From NCBI RefSeq assembly GCF_009914755.1, contig NC_060937.1: a DNA stretch of 64,000 nt. One strand, given 5' to 3'. Position 1 is the first letter of the stretch, and every line of letters begins with the position of its first letter. The translations under genes and the position numbers were made by a program. This document shows positions 48,124 to 63,480 of this stretch, one piece after another. This DNA comes from the human T2T-CHM13v2.0 reference genome, Homo sapiens. The notes beneath the pieces were generated by a model that made no database searches, was not told the origin of the DNA, and saw only the letters and a list, made by a program, of their open reading frames with translations.

Positions 48124-48959
48124 TCCAAACCCACATTTATTGGACTGGCTGATTCTTAGAGTGGTTCTCACTGATCATGAGATGCCCAGCCCAGCATAAC
48201 CTTCTTTTTATTGGAAGCGACAGACCACAAAGGCAGGGTTGTAGAAATTCTTATGAGGACATCTTACTTGAGAAGTTTCCAGTTCTTTCTCACTGATGCT
48301 AAGTCAGACGTGTGAAGAAAACCCTATTCAGGCATTTTGGCCAGATTCAAATAGGTCAGAGGCCCAGAAAGAGTAATTAACTTGCAGAAACTTTTTCTCA
48401 ACTGAGGGGACCACATAACCTATTATCCCTTAATAAGGCCGTTTCCTCAGTGAATCATGGGAGCTTGGACAGGCTGAGGAAAAACCAAAGGGACATTTTC
48501 ACTAAAGCATCATATGATCTTCCCTAATGTCTTACTACCCCAGAAATTGTGTCATCCTCTTAAAAGGGACCAAGTTAAGGCTTGATGTGCCTTTTATGCA
48601 CAGTGAATATTGTTTGGCTTCAATCTTGATGAACTAGCTGTGCAAAATATATTTCGTTTCCTTGTTTTGAGTCATGTTTGATGTGGTTCCCTATCATAAT
48701 TTGTATGATGATGAACAAATCACTGTGATAAAGATGGAAAATACTCCCACCTGGGAAAAATTCAGTAGAGACAAATGAGGTGAATCAAACATCCTCAAAG
48801 ACTCCCCCAGCTGCTCTGGAAAGAGACTTTTGACATTTGTGCCATTGGTCATTCATGTCAAACGGGGAATAGAAGCATTATGAAAGAGGAGAACCAGGAA
48901 GAATGTCAGGAATGCTGCACTGTGCTTGGAAGGGAGACAGAGGAATCAGTGGATCGATC

Positions 48960-49800
48960 CCTTCATCCAACAGTCTGCTCATGTTCACAGAGTCCCTGCT
49001 CTAGCCAGTCGCTAGGCTGGTCCTAGGGACAGAGGGGCAGATAATAGTGATGTGGAGCTTTCTGTCCTGCATGGGGTCACATTAAACATATGGCGAATGG
49101 GTCTTCCTTTGCTTTGCCAAAGTGCGTTCACAGTATGCTCCTGCACATAGACCAAGTTGGGTTGAATACATATTACTTCCTCAGGAAATAGCTCCCTGAG
49201 GAGGTTATTTGTATTCATGATCTGGAGAAAGATTGAAATTACTCAGGCAAAAACAGGGTGGTGGACAAGAGGGTGGAAGGATTTCTAGGCAAAGGAAACA
49301 ACATCTATGCATCTACAATGGCCCTGAGATTGGACAAAAAAAAAAAAAAAAAAAAACATGGCAGAGGTGGCAAGAGGCCAATAGGTTGGATCACAGTGAT
49401 TGAAGAGAAGATGAGGGGTAGGGCTGGGGCCAGAGAGGCACAGACCCTTGTGGCCCTGGAAAGGATTTTGAAGCTGGATTGGACACAGAAGGGTTTGAGC
49501 ATGGGAATTCCATAATAAGATGGTCATATTAAAAAGATCATGGAAAAATTATTGTGGACAGGATGAGAGTGTTTGCAAGAAGACAAACCAGAGCCCCAAA
49601 TGGTCATGTTTTAGCCAGAGATGCCATTGACTTAGATGACTGTGTTGACCATGGGGGTGGAGAGAAATGGGCGCATGCAAGGGATATTTAAGAAGCAGAA
49701 TTGATAGGACTTGGCCATTGATTGGATGCAGGGATGAGAGCTTTTGTTGGATGGCAGAAGTATGTGTCTTTGGGGAGACAAAGGGGAGATGAAAGGCCAA
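48960..49800 (-). mobile_element. L2 fragments
   Basis: Reverse-L2 purine-rich motifs such as GGATATTTAAGAAGCAGAATTGATAGGACTTGG..TGATTGGATG. Confidence 0.6.
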
Positions 49801-50289
49801 CCGTGTTGTAGTAGTAGCCACAACGGACATCTATTATTTTCTATGTCTTCTGTATAGTGTTTAGTTGTTTATGTGCAATAACTTATAAAACCGTTCTGTA
49901 GTTCATTACTTCTAAGAAAACTTCCTCCTAATCTAGGTCAGTGTCATTTATGTCTGTTCTACTTCTAAAGAAGAGGAAGAAGTGACTTTTTCAAGGCCGA
50001 TGTGTAAGTGTCCACTGCATAGAAGCCCTGGACTACTGCCATGGATACAAACCCAGGACAGATAGGGCTGCACCATTGCTTTTAGGAAGTCTGTCCTTCA
50101 GTAGGAAAGATAGAACCCACAGACCTGCACACAGTGAGGGGACCACTTAAATGCAACACAATGCCAGTGACAATAAGCTTTGCAGACTTAGTGCCTACGT
50201 GCAAGGAGGAGGCATAGGCTTCCCTGTGAGAAGTGAAGAGTGAGAAAGACTTTCTGGAGGGGTGGGAGGTAAGCTTGTCCCCCATCAGA

Positions 50290-51620
<1,331 letters not shown>

Positions 51621-52494
51621 TAAGCTGGGTTTTAAAGGACAGTGGACAATAGAAAGGAACAGGAATGGCATTTGGAGTAGAAAGCTTGGCATAAGCAAGT
51701 ATCCTGAGAATGAAGAAAATGAATTCTATGTGGGGAAGAGCATATACCTAGATGGAAGCATTTACACTGGTGAAATAAATCTTTCAGGCTTTAGGTCCAG
51801 ACTGAAGTGTAATATTATCCCATCCCCCAACCCATTTATTCATCACCTTTCTTCACAATAGCTTCACCTTTTACCCATTAGCTAATGCAAAAGTCCTGGG
51901 AGCTATTCTTTACTTCACTCTCCCTTTCCACTCATATGCAATCAGTGAAAAATATTTCTTGATTCTGCCTCCCAATAATTTTTAAACCTGTCTTCCACTG
52001 TCCAGAGCCACATCTCCTGGCCAGGTACCTTCAATGGTGGGTAAACCAGTTCCAACATCCCTGGCAGCGTCTTCTCCCTGCAGCAGCCTTGCCACCTCTG
52101 GTGGTATTCTCTACCATGATCAAGGCCATTGGGCTTCCCATTGAGTTTAAGGTGAAGCCTTCTGAGGCTGATGGGCTGGGTGTGATCTTTTCCTCACCAA
52201 CCTGTCTACCTGACTCTCTGTTTTTGTAACCTGAGATCCCACAGCAAGATCTTCCATCACTCCTCAATCAAGCATTGCAGTGGGACCTTTGGAGGATGTG
52301 GCCTTTGTCCAGATGCTTTTGCCTTATCTGGCCTGGCTACCTGGTATGACTAACTTCTTTCCATTTTTGTTTTGCTGTCACTGCCTTGGGAAGACTTGTT
52401 TGCTCCATGGTCAAGTATGATCCTCAATACAGATTCTCACACCATACTAGGAGAAAATGGGCCCATATTTTCAATTTGTTGATTCTATTTAAAA

Positions 52495-53500
52495 TTTATT
52501 CAGTAAATACTTGCTCAGCATTTAACTGTATACTAAGAGGGTGTTCAAGGCGCTAGGCATAGAGCAATGAAATGACAGAGTAAGAACCCCCTCCTCTTGG
52601 AGCTTATAGTCCGATGAGGAAGGCAGAAAACGTGTTGAGCATTCATCTGAAAATCCAAAATCTCAAAGGCTCCAAAATCAAGCTTTTTGAGTGCCAGTGT
52701 CGCAGGTAGAAAACTCCACACAGAATTACTTAACACAAACTTTGTTTTACACACAAAATATTAAACATATTTTAATATGAAGATATATATGAAACAAATG
52801 AACTTTGTGTTTAGACTTAAGTTCCTTTCCCAAAATGTCTCATTTATGTGTATGCAAATATTCCTAAATCTGAAATCGCAAGCGCTTCTGGTCCGAGGCA
52901 GTTTGGATAAGGGATACGCAACATGTAGCAAATACATAAATATGATATTTAGTATATCTGGAGCTGATAAATACTGTGGAGGAAAAAGGCAGGGGAGGCC
53001 AACAGGTGTGCATGGAGTTGGGGGAGTCTTACATTTACGTGGGTTGATCAGAGAAAGCTTCATTCAGAAGGTCGATGCATAAGCAAAGACTTGAAGGAGG
53101 GGAAGGAAGAACCCATGCAGGTAGGAGGGGAAGAGCATTCCAGGCAGAGGCCTGAGGGAGAGGTCGTGCCTGATGAGCTCCAGAACAGCCAAGAAATTTG
53201 AGTTTGATATGCCTGTGAAGCACAGAGGTCTAGATATCCAGTAGACAATTTATGCATGACCTTGAGTTTAGGGTTGGAAACTTCAGGCTGGAAATTGGGA
53301 GTTGTCACCTACAGATGGCATCTGAAGACAGGAGACTAGAGGAAGTCTCAGGAGGCTAAATGTTCAGTGGCTGAGCTCTGGGACACCTGAGTTCTTTAGA
53401 CTCAGAAGATGATAGTGGACCAGCAAAGGCACTGAAGAATAGCTCGGAGGAAAACCAGGTAGGTCTGGTGTCCTGGAAACCACAGGAAGAATGAGGAAGT
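52495..53500 (-). mobile_element. L2 3' region, interrupted by a Tigger4 derivative
   Basis: TTTATTCAGTAAATACTTGCTCAGCA (reverse L2 end), GAAGAGCATTCCAGGCAGAGG, AACCAGG..TGGTGTCCTGGAAAC. Confidence 0.75.
52631..52925 (+). mobile_element. Tigger4-derived MITE (MER46C/Tigger4b-like)
   Basis: GTTGAGCAT..TCTGAAAATCCAAAATC 5' end; GGATAAGGGATACGCAACATG|TA 3' end; collinear with both ends of the Tigger4 at 10107. Confidence 0.85.
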
Positions 53501-53519
53501 GACCCACTACTATTAATTA

Positions 53520-53770
53520 GTACCATCATATACATGGGCACATGTATTTACAATGTGCCCATCACTGTTCTGAGTCTTGTATGTATATTAACTCGTTACA
53601 TCCTCATAATCCCTATGAGGTATTTTGTTTTATTATCTCTGCTTTGCAAATGGGAAGTCAGGCCCAGAGGTAAATAAACTTGTCCAGTCACATAGCTCAC
53701 AAGCACTGGAGCTGGGGTTTGAATCTGGACCATCTAGTCTCAGGGTCATTGGTCTTCAGCACCACATCAT
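53520..53770 (-). mobile_element. MIR
   Basis: ATCCTCATAATCCCTATGAGGTA, GTCAGGCCCAGAGGTAAATAAACTTGTCCAGTCACA. Confidence 0.75.
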
Positions 53771-56700
53771 GTGTGCCCAAACACTGCAGGTGCAGGTGGA
53801 AAAGCTCAGCGCTGAGACGAAGCACTGTGGATATCTTCGGTGAGCTTAAAAGAGAAGCTTGGAGTGAGTCCTGGAGGAGATAGAATGATTAGGGGCAGTC
53901 GATGAGGCACGGGAGGAGAGATGGTGAAGATAGCAGCCAGAGACAACTCTCATGAATAGCTTGGCTGTGAAGGGGAGTGAGAAACGTTAGGAAGACTACA
54001 GGGAGATGTGCAATCAAAGAGGAATTTTAGGAAGAATGTTAGAAATTATGGTATGTTTGTAGATGGGTGGGACTGAAAGGGTAAAAAGGAAAAGAATAAT
54101 GACCTAGGAGGAGAGAAGGTGAACCTTGCATTTGTAACTGTGATCTAGAGAAGAGAGAATGTGAACCCTGCATCTGTAACTGAAAAATTATTTGCTGAGC
54201 TGCTTAATGTCAGTGATCTCTGCCAAAGTATAAACTGCTAGGGTTGGGGGATTTTAGATTTCCAGGTGCTGCTGTGGCTCCATGTGCTCCACGTCCTTGC
54301 CTGGTGAATGGGGGAAGGAATCATGCCACTGATGAAGGTCAAAGCAGGGCTCCTGGTGCCCTGAACCTCCATACCTTCCTGCCCCGCCGCTGCCTGCAGA
54401 CCCAGCTTTCTGCTCGCAGCCTGGGCATGCCTTCTGCCTGTATCCTCCCATGAAGGCCAACTCCAAACCCACCAGGCATTGCTGAGGAGTAAGTGGGAGG
54501 GAGAAGTCACATGGCACAGGATGCCGTGAAACTGCCCCAGAGCCCTTGGAAGTCTCCCCGGACAGCCACTTCACGCCTTTCCCTGGTTCCCAAACCTCAG
54601 TCCTGCCAGCTGCCTGGGCTCTACCTCTATGCCACTGCTCCACAGGCTGCTTGGCTCTATTCTCACTGCCCTTTGTTTCCCAGCCTTGGGTCAGGGACAG
54701 ACCTCCATCCATTTCATGGGAAGACTCCCTAAGGCCCAGAACTTCTCCATCTCAGAGGGATGAATGGTGGTCAGCAGAGATGCTTTCAGGAGTGAGGGAT
54801 CAGAGGCTCTGGGAAATGCCTCACCATTTCACAGAAGCCCTTTTCCTTCTGCCAACCCCCCAGGGGCATTTATAAAATTCCAGAGTGAGATTGAGAAGCT
54901 GAACTAACTCACCTGCAGGGCTGGGTCTCCCCCACCAGGCAGCCACAATAGCCTGCAAGGCATCTGCTGAGTGTGGGAGAAATGCTGCTTTTCAACGTAG
55001 GTATGAGGGCAGAACTCATGCGTGTTTGTCAAAAAGGCCTCCCACAGTTTTTGAGGCATCACACATACACCTACTCACACTCCCCCATGGAGGCATGCTC
55101 TCCTCTCTCACACACGCACATGCACGCAGGGACTCACACATATCACTCATCATGCCTCTCTCCCCTCCCCACACCGAGCTACCCTGCCGGCAGCACAGAG
55201 TGAACAGCGCCGTGCACCCATCTGGGCCTGACCTGCCTACATTGTTAGCCTAAAATACTTGTGAGTATATATACAGCATGGTAAGGAACTAATTTTTGAA
55301 GCCAGTGTGGGGGCTCCAGGGCACTCCGCCATTTCCTCTTTTCCCTAAAGCTGTTAAACTAAATTATAGGGCTGGGAGAATGAGAGGCCAGCTGTGCTTC
55401 AGCTGCAGGCCCCAGTTGTTGTGACAAAGTGAAAAGTGTGGGTACCAACAGATCATTAACTGTGCAGCCAAAAATAGGCTGATGATTGGATCTCACGCTC
55501 TGCTCTGAGGAGACCGTGGACCCAACTCTGGCAGGTGCTGGTTCTAGCCCAGGATGGCACTGACTCTCACAGCCAAAGGGGCATTGACAATTGCCCCTAA
55601 CACACCACCTCACGTTCTTCTTACTTCATTACATAAGGGCAAGTTTTATTTTTTTATAAACTGTTCTTAAAATTGACAGGGGTTTTTGTCTCTGTTTTGG
55701 TTTTGTTTTTAAAATTTCCCCACAATTTCCTGTTGCCTTGCCTCTTTGGCTGAGTTCGACTTTCCTGTTGACTATAATTACTGCGAGTCTGGTGAAGAGT
55801 TGAAAAATCTAAGTTGACATTAAAGGTGCATTACACTTGAATAAACCCAGAGACAGAATATCACACGTTGGTTTGGAGTTGCCCCTGTGTTTTGTCTAGA
55901 TTAACAAATTTAGACGGCTTTTGATTTGCATAGCATTAATAACTGCTGGGGCAATCTCTGGAACTTGTAAACACTGCTCATAAATAGTCGCTAAAGTGTG
56001 AGGTTGAATAAACATTACCTCGATGGTTTGTGAAGGACTGGCCAGCATGAAACCAAATTGTGCTTTGAAATAAGACCTTTGTCATTGGGAAGGAGTGGAG
56101 AGAAAGCAGGACTGGGACACTAAACAGTAGCTACTTCAATTTCTTGACTGCTTAGCAATCCACAAGTGACCACAAACGGTTGACATCATCTGTGGTGCCT
56201 CAGTTTCTCTCTCATTATTTGTAAACTGGCAATCATAGTCTAGAAGACTGATGTTTTATGCAGTCACTTATTCATTCCATGTTGGAAGAAGAACTGAGAA
56301 TATTTTTTTGGCTGCAGCCTTGTCACGTGAACGTACAAATTTTGACCTTGAAGAATCCATAGACACCTTCCAGTTCTGCGTCATTTTACACAGGGGGCAT
56401 CCCAGGCCCAGGGAGCTGCATGGAGCTGGTTAGGCTCTCTGCTGCAGACCAAGCAGAGGCATCATTTCTCAAGGCTTCTGTCATCTGTGGCTATCAGCTT
56501 TGCTATCATGACTCACATTTGCAACCTGGCCTATTTTCCGGGCAAATGTGGACTGGCCTGGACTTGGCAGAGGCTCGTAGAGGAGATGTTTGCAAATGAA
56601 GATGCATAAAAAGTTTAAAGCTTAATGGAAATTCAAAATTTAAACTTACTTAGGAGAAAGGGTTTTAATCATACAACTTAGAATATTCTTCTTTCCACGC

Positions 56701-56811
56701 TTTCTGAGATGTTGCTAAGTAAAGGAAAGCTAATAGCCAGAGAAGATGTAGGGAAGTGTTCCTGACCAGGCACTGGGGGCCCTGTCTTGTTCCTAACTAA
56801 CTGTACTGGTC

Positions 56812-57030
56812 ATGATAATGTTTGCTGAGCATTTACTATGTGCTAGGATTTTAGGTAATGTGGTTAACCATACAGTATCTCATTTAGACCTCACAAGGAA
56901 TCTTTGAGGTAAGTGCTGTTATTGTCACTATTTTATATTTTTAAAAAGTTCAAAGGAGGCTAACATTCGCCCAAGGCCACATGACTGGTAGTGCAACCAG
57001 GATTTTAACCCTGAGATTCTGGCAACCCGT
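56812..57030 (-). mobile_element. MIR
   Basis: TGAGCATTTACTATGTGCTAGG, TCTCATTTAGACCTCACAA, GCCCAAGGCCACA. Confidence 0.75.
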
Positions 57031-58029
57031 GCTGCCTGTGCTTATCTCTGTTTTGATTCTGTCACTGAGATGCCGGGCCTTTCAAGGTACCGTGCAGATG
57101 CTTGGGCTGCCCAGCGCTGGTGATTTCTTGTTGGGGAACACTCCGATGATTAACTGAATGTCTTCGCTTCTTGTTCGTGTGAAGCACACATGTGTTTGGG
57201 CACCGCGTGTGGAGGCTGTGGAAGGCTCCCAGATGAGGGCACGTGGCACTCAGGGTTTGCCCACTTACCATTTGAGCCATCGACAGGCACGAGGATGGGA
57301 AGTTGGGCCTCGGTGAAACGCCCTGGCTGGAAATGCCTGGTCTGCTAAGCGGGGAATACTCTGGGTTGAAGCACTTGTTTTGATGACGTGTTTCACTGGT
57401 TGCATCATCATTTAAATAATGACCAGTCTCAGGGCTTATTTCTCAACAGAATTCTAGTTTTCAGGTCTGTAACGATGGGCAGATTTTCCATGACACGACT
57501 AAAGTCCAACGCCAGTGCCACTTCTCCCATGATGCTTCCCGTTCTCTCTTGTGCCCACCGAGGCCCCGTGGCTTTTCCTTGAAACTTCCCCGTGGCCCTC
57601 ATCGCGTGCCTCATCTTGTGTCACAGTTATCTGCGCAGCAGAGAAAAAGGAGCACAGACCTCACAGACAGACAGATTGGGCTCAACATGCACCTGGGCCT
57701 TGAGGAGGTTAGTGTATCTCCTGGAGCTAACTTACTATTTTGTTATTTTCATTTCATAGATAATGGAAGTGAAATATTCCTTGGAAGGTTGGTATGAAGA
57801 ATTAACTATAAAGTAGATTAGGCCATAGTGTGACGTCCAACATGGAGGAGGATTCCACAAGTGGTAGCTAGTATTATTGTACTTATTAATGAGTATATTT
57901 AGGCATATCAATTAGATTTACTTGACAGGTTGCATACTTGAGAGTAGAGACCACTTGTCTAACATTATGTTATCTTCATCAGTCCTACATATTTTAGGCA
58001 CTTGAAAAATGTCTCTAAAATTAAAAAAT

Positions 58030-58222
58030 GAATACATCTATATGGGTATACATATGTGTGTATACATATATTTTTAAAAGTTCGTATATGTGTATATACA
58101 TACAAATATGCATATGTGTAAATTTAAAAATGTGTGTATATGTCTGTATATATATATGTGTGTCTATATATATAAAATATGCACTAGTGCTAGAACCAAA
58201 TACATATGCGTGTGTATATATT
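58030..58222. repeat. Degenerate (TA)/(TG) low-complexity tract
   Basis: Directly visible. Confidence 0.8.
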
Positions 58223-60339
58223 TGATACATTGCTCTGTGGAATTTAAATTTCACCTGCTCTTTTTATCATTTCCTAATCTCCCACCAGTTAATTATTTGA
58301 GGACTAATATTACTTTAGGTTTTGTGGTTTTGTTGGTGGTGGCAGATGATCTTTATGTAAATTAAGAGAAAACCAGGGCTGTGGTTGGAGTCCGGCACAC
58401 TCCCGTGGTGCCAGCGTTGTAGCCCAAGTGTAAGCATGCCTCCACTCACACCAATGTACCTCGACATCGGTTATTTATGACTCACTCCCCAGCCACTTAT
58501 TTGTTCCTATGTCACAGAATCTGCCTGTGCAGGGAGGCTCACATGCTGACCGCGAGCAGACGGAACAATCCTCGTTTGTTCATGGAGAAACAAGGTGGGC
58601 AATTGACCTGACCATGTGCCCCCTGGGGAAGGAGCCAGGGTGAGGGTGGGAGTGGAAGGCCTGGACCAGGAAATGTCTGACACCTTCCCACTTCAGGACA
58701 CTTGGGCATGCACCTAATTTTTTTTGTTGTGCCTTTTGTTCTGGCGAGGCTTTAGCTGTAGGGGAGATTATATAGACAGCGCTAGTACCAAACATTTATT
58801 TAAAGTGAAATAGCACCAGCTGCCATTTCTATGTCAGTGAAATAGATTCTTTGGAGGCCCTTCCCCTCCTGAGTCTGACAAGGCAGACAAAGATAACAGC
58901 CTGCCAGGACTCCATCCCCTGTGCAAGGCGTCACTATTAAATCCCAGGAATGTGCTTCCAACTCCTCCTCTCTCTGCTGCTTGCCTTTGTTTTTTGAAAT
59001 GAGCAGGATCTTGGGTGGGCAAGGGAACTTACTGGGGGATCGCTTAGCACTCCCTTTCTCAAAGCCCTGGGATATTTTAATTCTTAGCCTTGGTGCCCAG
59101 CACTTAAAGCACATGAAAAGTAAAGCTTTAGATTGAAGTTGAAAGAAAATACCAGAAATGGCATTTGGAAGCCATGAAATATGGCACTCGACAGATGAGA
59201 CAGGCAATACTACAGTATTAGCTGTAGATTTCACGAGCAAATTTCAGGGTTGCATGGGCCATTAAAAGCAAAACAAAAACCATAATTGCTCCTAATCTCT
59301 ATTCATTCTGCATGTGCAAATCCTGTTCAAAGGGAGATTTTGAGGAGGAAGATCAAGAGAAAAATAAGCATGAATCTTTGGACAGTGTCAGATGTGATCC
59401 TCCTTTGAAGACTTGTGAAGAATAGGGCTGGGTCCTGAGGTGTGAGCGCTCCTGAGCGGCTCATCTGAGGTGACAGTGCTTTAAAAGACCTGGCTTCCTG
59501 GCATTGCCCTTGTCAGCCTCATCTACATCCACAATCCCCTTTTGTGTAGGTGAAATACTTCTGCTGGGTTTTGGCTCAGAAGCTGAGCAAGATGATCTTG
59601 CCTACAGATGTGCTTTCACTTAACTTTCCTTAAAAAAAACAACCAACTCTGCTTAAATTACAGCAAAATTAGTTGTGCACCTAAGGGGTTACAGGTTGGG
59701 AGTGGAAACAAGAGGGAAGAGAATGGCCAATTTAATCTGGTTGTAGACCCAGGAAAAGTATCCTCCTAATAATTTATAATTCTTGTCCTCTCTTCCCCTG
59801 AGAATAAAGGTTCTTACCAGTTCTCAGTTGCCTTACTCATGCTAATACTATTTTTAAGATAGTAGACAATTGTATGCAATAATTTTGATCTTTAATCAAG
59901 CTAGATAATAAAAAGCAGTAGTAAAGTGGCAATATATTGAGGCTAAAAAAAAAACCAGTAGCTGTAGTCTGTGTAGACTAAAATGTGAAGTATTCCTACT
60001 ATTGATATACTCAGACTTTGTGATCCCATTTAAGAATATTTTGAATAATCTATGGCGATTGAACCTTTTTTTAGTATTACATATGCCTTGAACAAGGTCT
60101 GGTATGTTATAATTTGCACCAGCATTAGTTTAGGCAAACACTATGCAACAAAATGATTATAATCCATTAAAACCGTATTTGTTTCCACATTCACAGAAAA
60201 TTAACTTGAGTTACTGTATTGATGGGGTGAGTGGGATGCTTGAGAAAGTCCTCCTCACCTCCATTTTTTCTTTCTCCTTCTCTGCCTCCACGTGCCCTAC
60301 ATTTTTTTCCAAACAAAGCTCATTCATTTTCAGTGACTT

Positions 60340-60810
60340 AATTTTTCTTAATTTATATCACTGAAAGAGGAACAAGTGCACAGTTTCGTTACACGGATAT
60401 ATCGCATAGTTGTGAAGTCTGGGTTTTTAGTGTAGCCATCACCCTAATAGTGTACATTGTACCCATTAAGTAATTTTTCTTTCCTCACCCCCTCCCACTC
60501 TTCCAAGTTTCCAATGTCTATCATTCCACCCTCTACTTTCATGGGTACACATTGTTTAGCTCCCACGTATAGGTGCGAACATGTGGTATTTGACTTTCTG
60601 TTTCTGAGTTGTTTCACTGAAGATAATGGCGTCCAGTTCGATCCATGTTGTAGTAAAAGACATGATTTCATTCCTTTTCATGACCAAATAGTATTCGATT
60701 GTGTATATGTGTAACATTTTCTTTATTCAGTCTTCCATTGATGGATACTTAGGTTGATTCCGTATCTTTGCTATTGTGAATAGCGCTGTGATAAACATAT
60801 GAGAGCGAGT
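60340..60810 (-). mobile_element. L1PB/MA 3' end (L1PB4-like)
   Basis: GTGAAGTCTGGGTTTTTAGTGTAGCCATCACCCTAATAGTGTACATTGTACCC, TTGTTTAGCTCCCAC, CTTTGCTATTGTGAATAG. Confidence 0.88.
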
Positions 60811-60811
60811 A

Positions 60812-61030
60812 TTTTCTTCTTCTTCTTTTTTTATTTTTTCAGAGACAGAGTCTCGCTCTGTTGCCCAGACTGGAGTGCAGTGTCAAAATCATAGCTCACT
60901 CATAGTAACGTCAAACTACTGGACTCAAGTGATCTTCCTGACTCAGCTTCTCAAGTAGCTAGAATTACAGGAGCGTGCCACCAAGCCCAACTAATTTTTA
61001 TTTTTATTTTTGTAGAGATGAGGTCTTGCT
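60812..61030 (-). mobile_element. AluJ/FRAM partial
   Basis: GAGACAGAGTCTCGCTCTGTTGCCCAG...ATCATAGCTCACT...TTTTGTAGAGATGAGGTCTTGCT. Confidence 0.85.
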
Positions 61031-61183
61031 TGAGTTCCTTTCTCTCAGTAGGTTTAAATCAATTGTTTTGATTTAAAACAACAACAGATTGGACCTTAAT
61101 GTTTGGTCTCAAAGTAAATGAAAGGTTTGAATGAAGAATATTTCCATGTGTCTTTCTGTCCTTAAAATCAAAAGTTGTGAACA

Positions 61184-61507
61184 GGCTGGGTGAGGTGGCT
61201 CATGTCTGTAGTCCCACCTCTTTGGAAGGCCAAGGCAGGCAGATCACTTGAGCCCAGGAGTTCAAGACCAGCCTGGGCAACAAAACAAAACTCCATCTCT
61301 ACAACAATGAAAAAATTAACCAGGCATGGTGGCATGTGCCTGTAGTCCCAGCTACTTGTGAGGCTGAGACTGGAGGATCGTTGAGCCCAAGAGGCAGAGG
61401 TTGCAGTGAACTGTGATTGTGCCACTGTACAACAGTGCCAGCCTGGGCAACAGAGTGAGACCCTGTCTTTAAAAAAAAATGAAAACAAAAACAAAAAAAA
61501 ACAAATA
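61184..61507 (+). mobile_element. AluJ
   Basis: Full dimer; TSD AAAAGTT(GTG/ATA)AACA at 61170 and 61508. Confidence 0.9.
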
Positions 61508-62329
61508 AAAAGTTATAAACAAAGAGGAGGAACCTTTTCTGGTCTGATTGCTGTTGAAAGGAAACAGCTTTCTTTTAATTTGACTGAGGATCAGGTAGGC
61601 CTGAGCCTGTTTGCATGGGTGCTCAGATTCAGTGTGAAGCCTTAGTGAGTGTCTTTCTCTTTCTGATGGGTAAGTTCGAGGCAGACACTTCACTCCTGGC
61701 TTCTATCCTAACCTCCAGCTCAAAACCCTTTGCATCTTACCCTCTGTAATGGATAGGCCAGCCAGGGATTCTGACTTCTGTACATTCTGCCACTTTGATC
61801 AGCTAAACTTTAAAGGGTGATTTCTTCAAAAGATGTTGAAAGCTGCCTTAAGTTGAGTGACTTCATAGCAAAGACTAAGCTGCTATTTCTTACCAAATTT
61901 CCTCTTCAAGGAGCATATGCAACTCTTCAAAACTTTTCCTTATTCAAATTGTCACACCAAACCAGAAGATCACCCCATTACAAAAACAGAGCCCATCGCA
62001 ATTACCATCTCCTTTATAAAATGAAAAATTATGCTCAGACTATTTCTCCATGAGAAATTACAATTCCTGTGCAACAGATTGCGACTTAAGCCATTACATT
62101 GGTTCTTTATGAAGTCTGCGCAGAAAGGAATTGGAACCCCTTAGAAACCCCATCAAGAGTAGCTCAGGTCTTCCATATCCTTTTTTTTAGCTCTGGAATA
62201 ACCTGGCTTTTTCTTGGTGATTTTGTGATAAATAATGGGAATATTTGCAAAATATGTTGTGATAAACAACAAAAGCTTGGCTTTGCTGTAAATAATTGCT
62301 TAAAGAAATACGAGTTTAGGTAGAACTAA

Positions 62330-63480
62330 TTTAAGATAAAATAAATAATAAGAAAACATAGGCTAATATTTATGTAATCCCTTTATGGGAAAAGACTTTC
62401 TAAAATAATAAGCAAAGAAAGGAGCCACAAAAGAGAAAACTAGCAGATTTGCTTGCATAATAAGACTTTTAAAATCTTTATATATCTTTATGCATTTAAA
62501 ACTACATTGATAAAGTCAAAACAATAAAAAAAGGAAAAGGATTTTCACCAAACCTAAGGGTGTGGGGTTACTCTCAATGAAAGATGAAGAATTCGTGCAA
62601 ATCAGTAATTGAGTGCACAGTCAGTAAGACTATACAAATAATGAGAGGAAATTGAAATGTCTGATAAACAACAACAAAAAATTCAGCTGTGTTGTTAGTA
62701 ATCCCAAAAGTTTAAAACTTTAAAGAACTCACCTAATATCAAAGAATTGTATGAAATGCTAATTACTGGCAAGAATTTAGTAATTGGGCATTTCTATATA
62801 TTGCTAGTAGAATAAACCGATATGCCCTATTAGAAAAATAATTTAGCAGGCCAGGTGCGGTGGCTCACGCCTGTAATCCCAGCACTTTGGGAGGCCAGGG
62901 TGGGTGGATCATGAGGTCAAGAGATCCGGGCCATCTTGGCCAACATGGTGAAACCCCATCTCTACTAAAAATACAAAAATTAGCTGGGTGTGGTGGCGCA
63001 TGCCTGTAGTCCCAGCTACTCAGGAGGCTGAGGCAGGAGAATCACTTGAACCCAGGAGGCGGAGACTGTAGTGCGCCCAGATTGTGCCACTGCACTCTGG
63101 CTTGGAGACAGAGACTCTGTCTTGATAAAAAAAAAAAAAAAAAAAAAAAATAATTTAGCATTATGCATTAGAACCTTACCAAACAGTTTCAAGCATTAAG
63201 TCATTCATTGCAATGTTTTTTTTTTGCCTGCAGAAAACTAGAAATAATCAATTGATCAAGAAAATTTATAATTATGTAGTTATCAAAGGATACTCACTGA
63301 CAATTTTAGCAATAAAAGAAAATACTCATGTTAATTTTAAAAAGAATACAAAATTATATATCCAGTATGCCTAGATGTGTAAAATTCTATTTTAATTCAA
63401 AATTGCATAGAGATATACCAAAATGTGGTGATTGTTTCTGGATTTTATTCGTTATACTTCTTACAATTCCACTATTGTGA
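62330..63480 (+). mobile_element. Old L1ME fragments
   Basis: A-rich, AAAAGACTTTCTAA, ATTGCTAGTAGAAT, AAAATGTGGTGATTGTTTCTGG; highly diverged. Confidence 0.55.
62849..63150 (+). mobile_element. AluSc
   Basis: GGATCATGAGGTCAAGAGATC diagnostic; TSD AAAAATAATTTAGCA at 62834 and 63146. Confidence 0.93.

Noticed and set aside
54238-54875. Cluster of 69-152 aa ORFs
   Set aside because: GC-rich stretch with few stops in several frames; no coding signature.
57070-57640. Mildly CpG-enriched segment as CpG island/promoter
   Set aside because: CpGs are too sparse by eye for an island and no core promoter architecture is evident.
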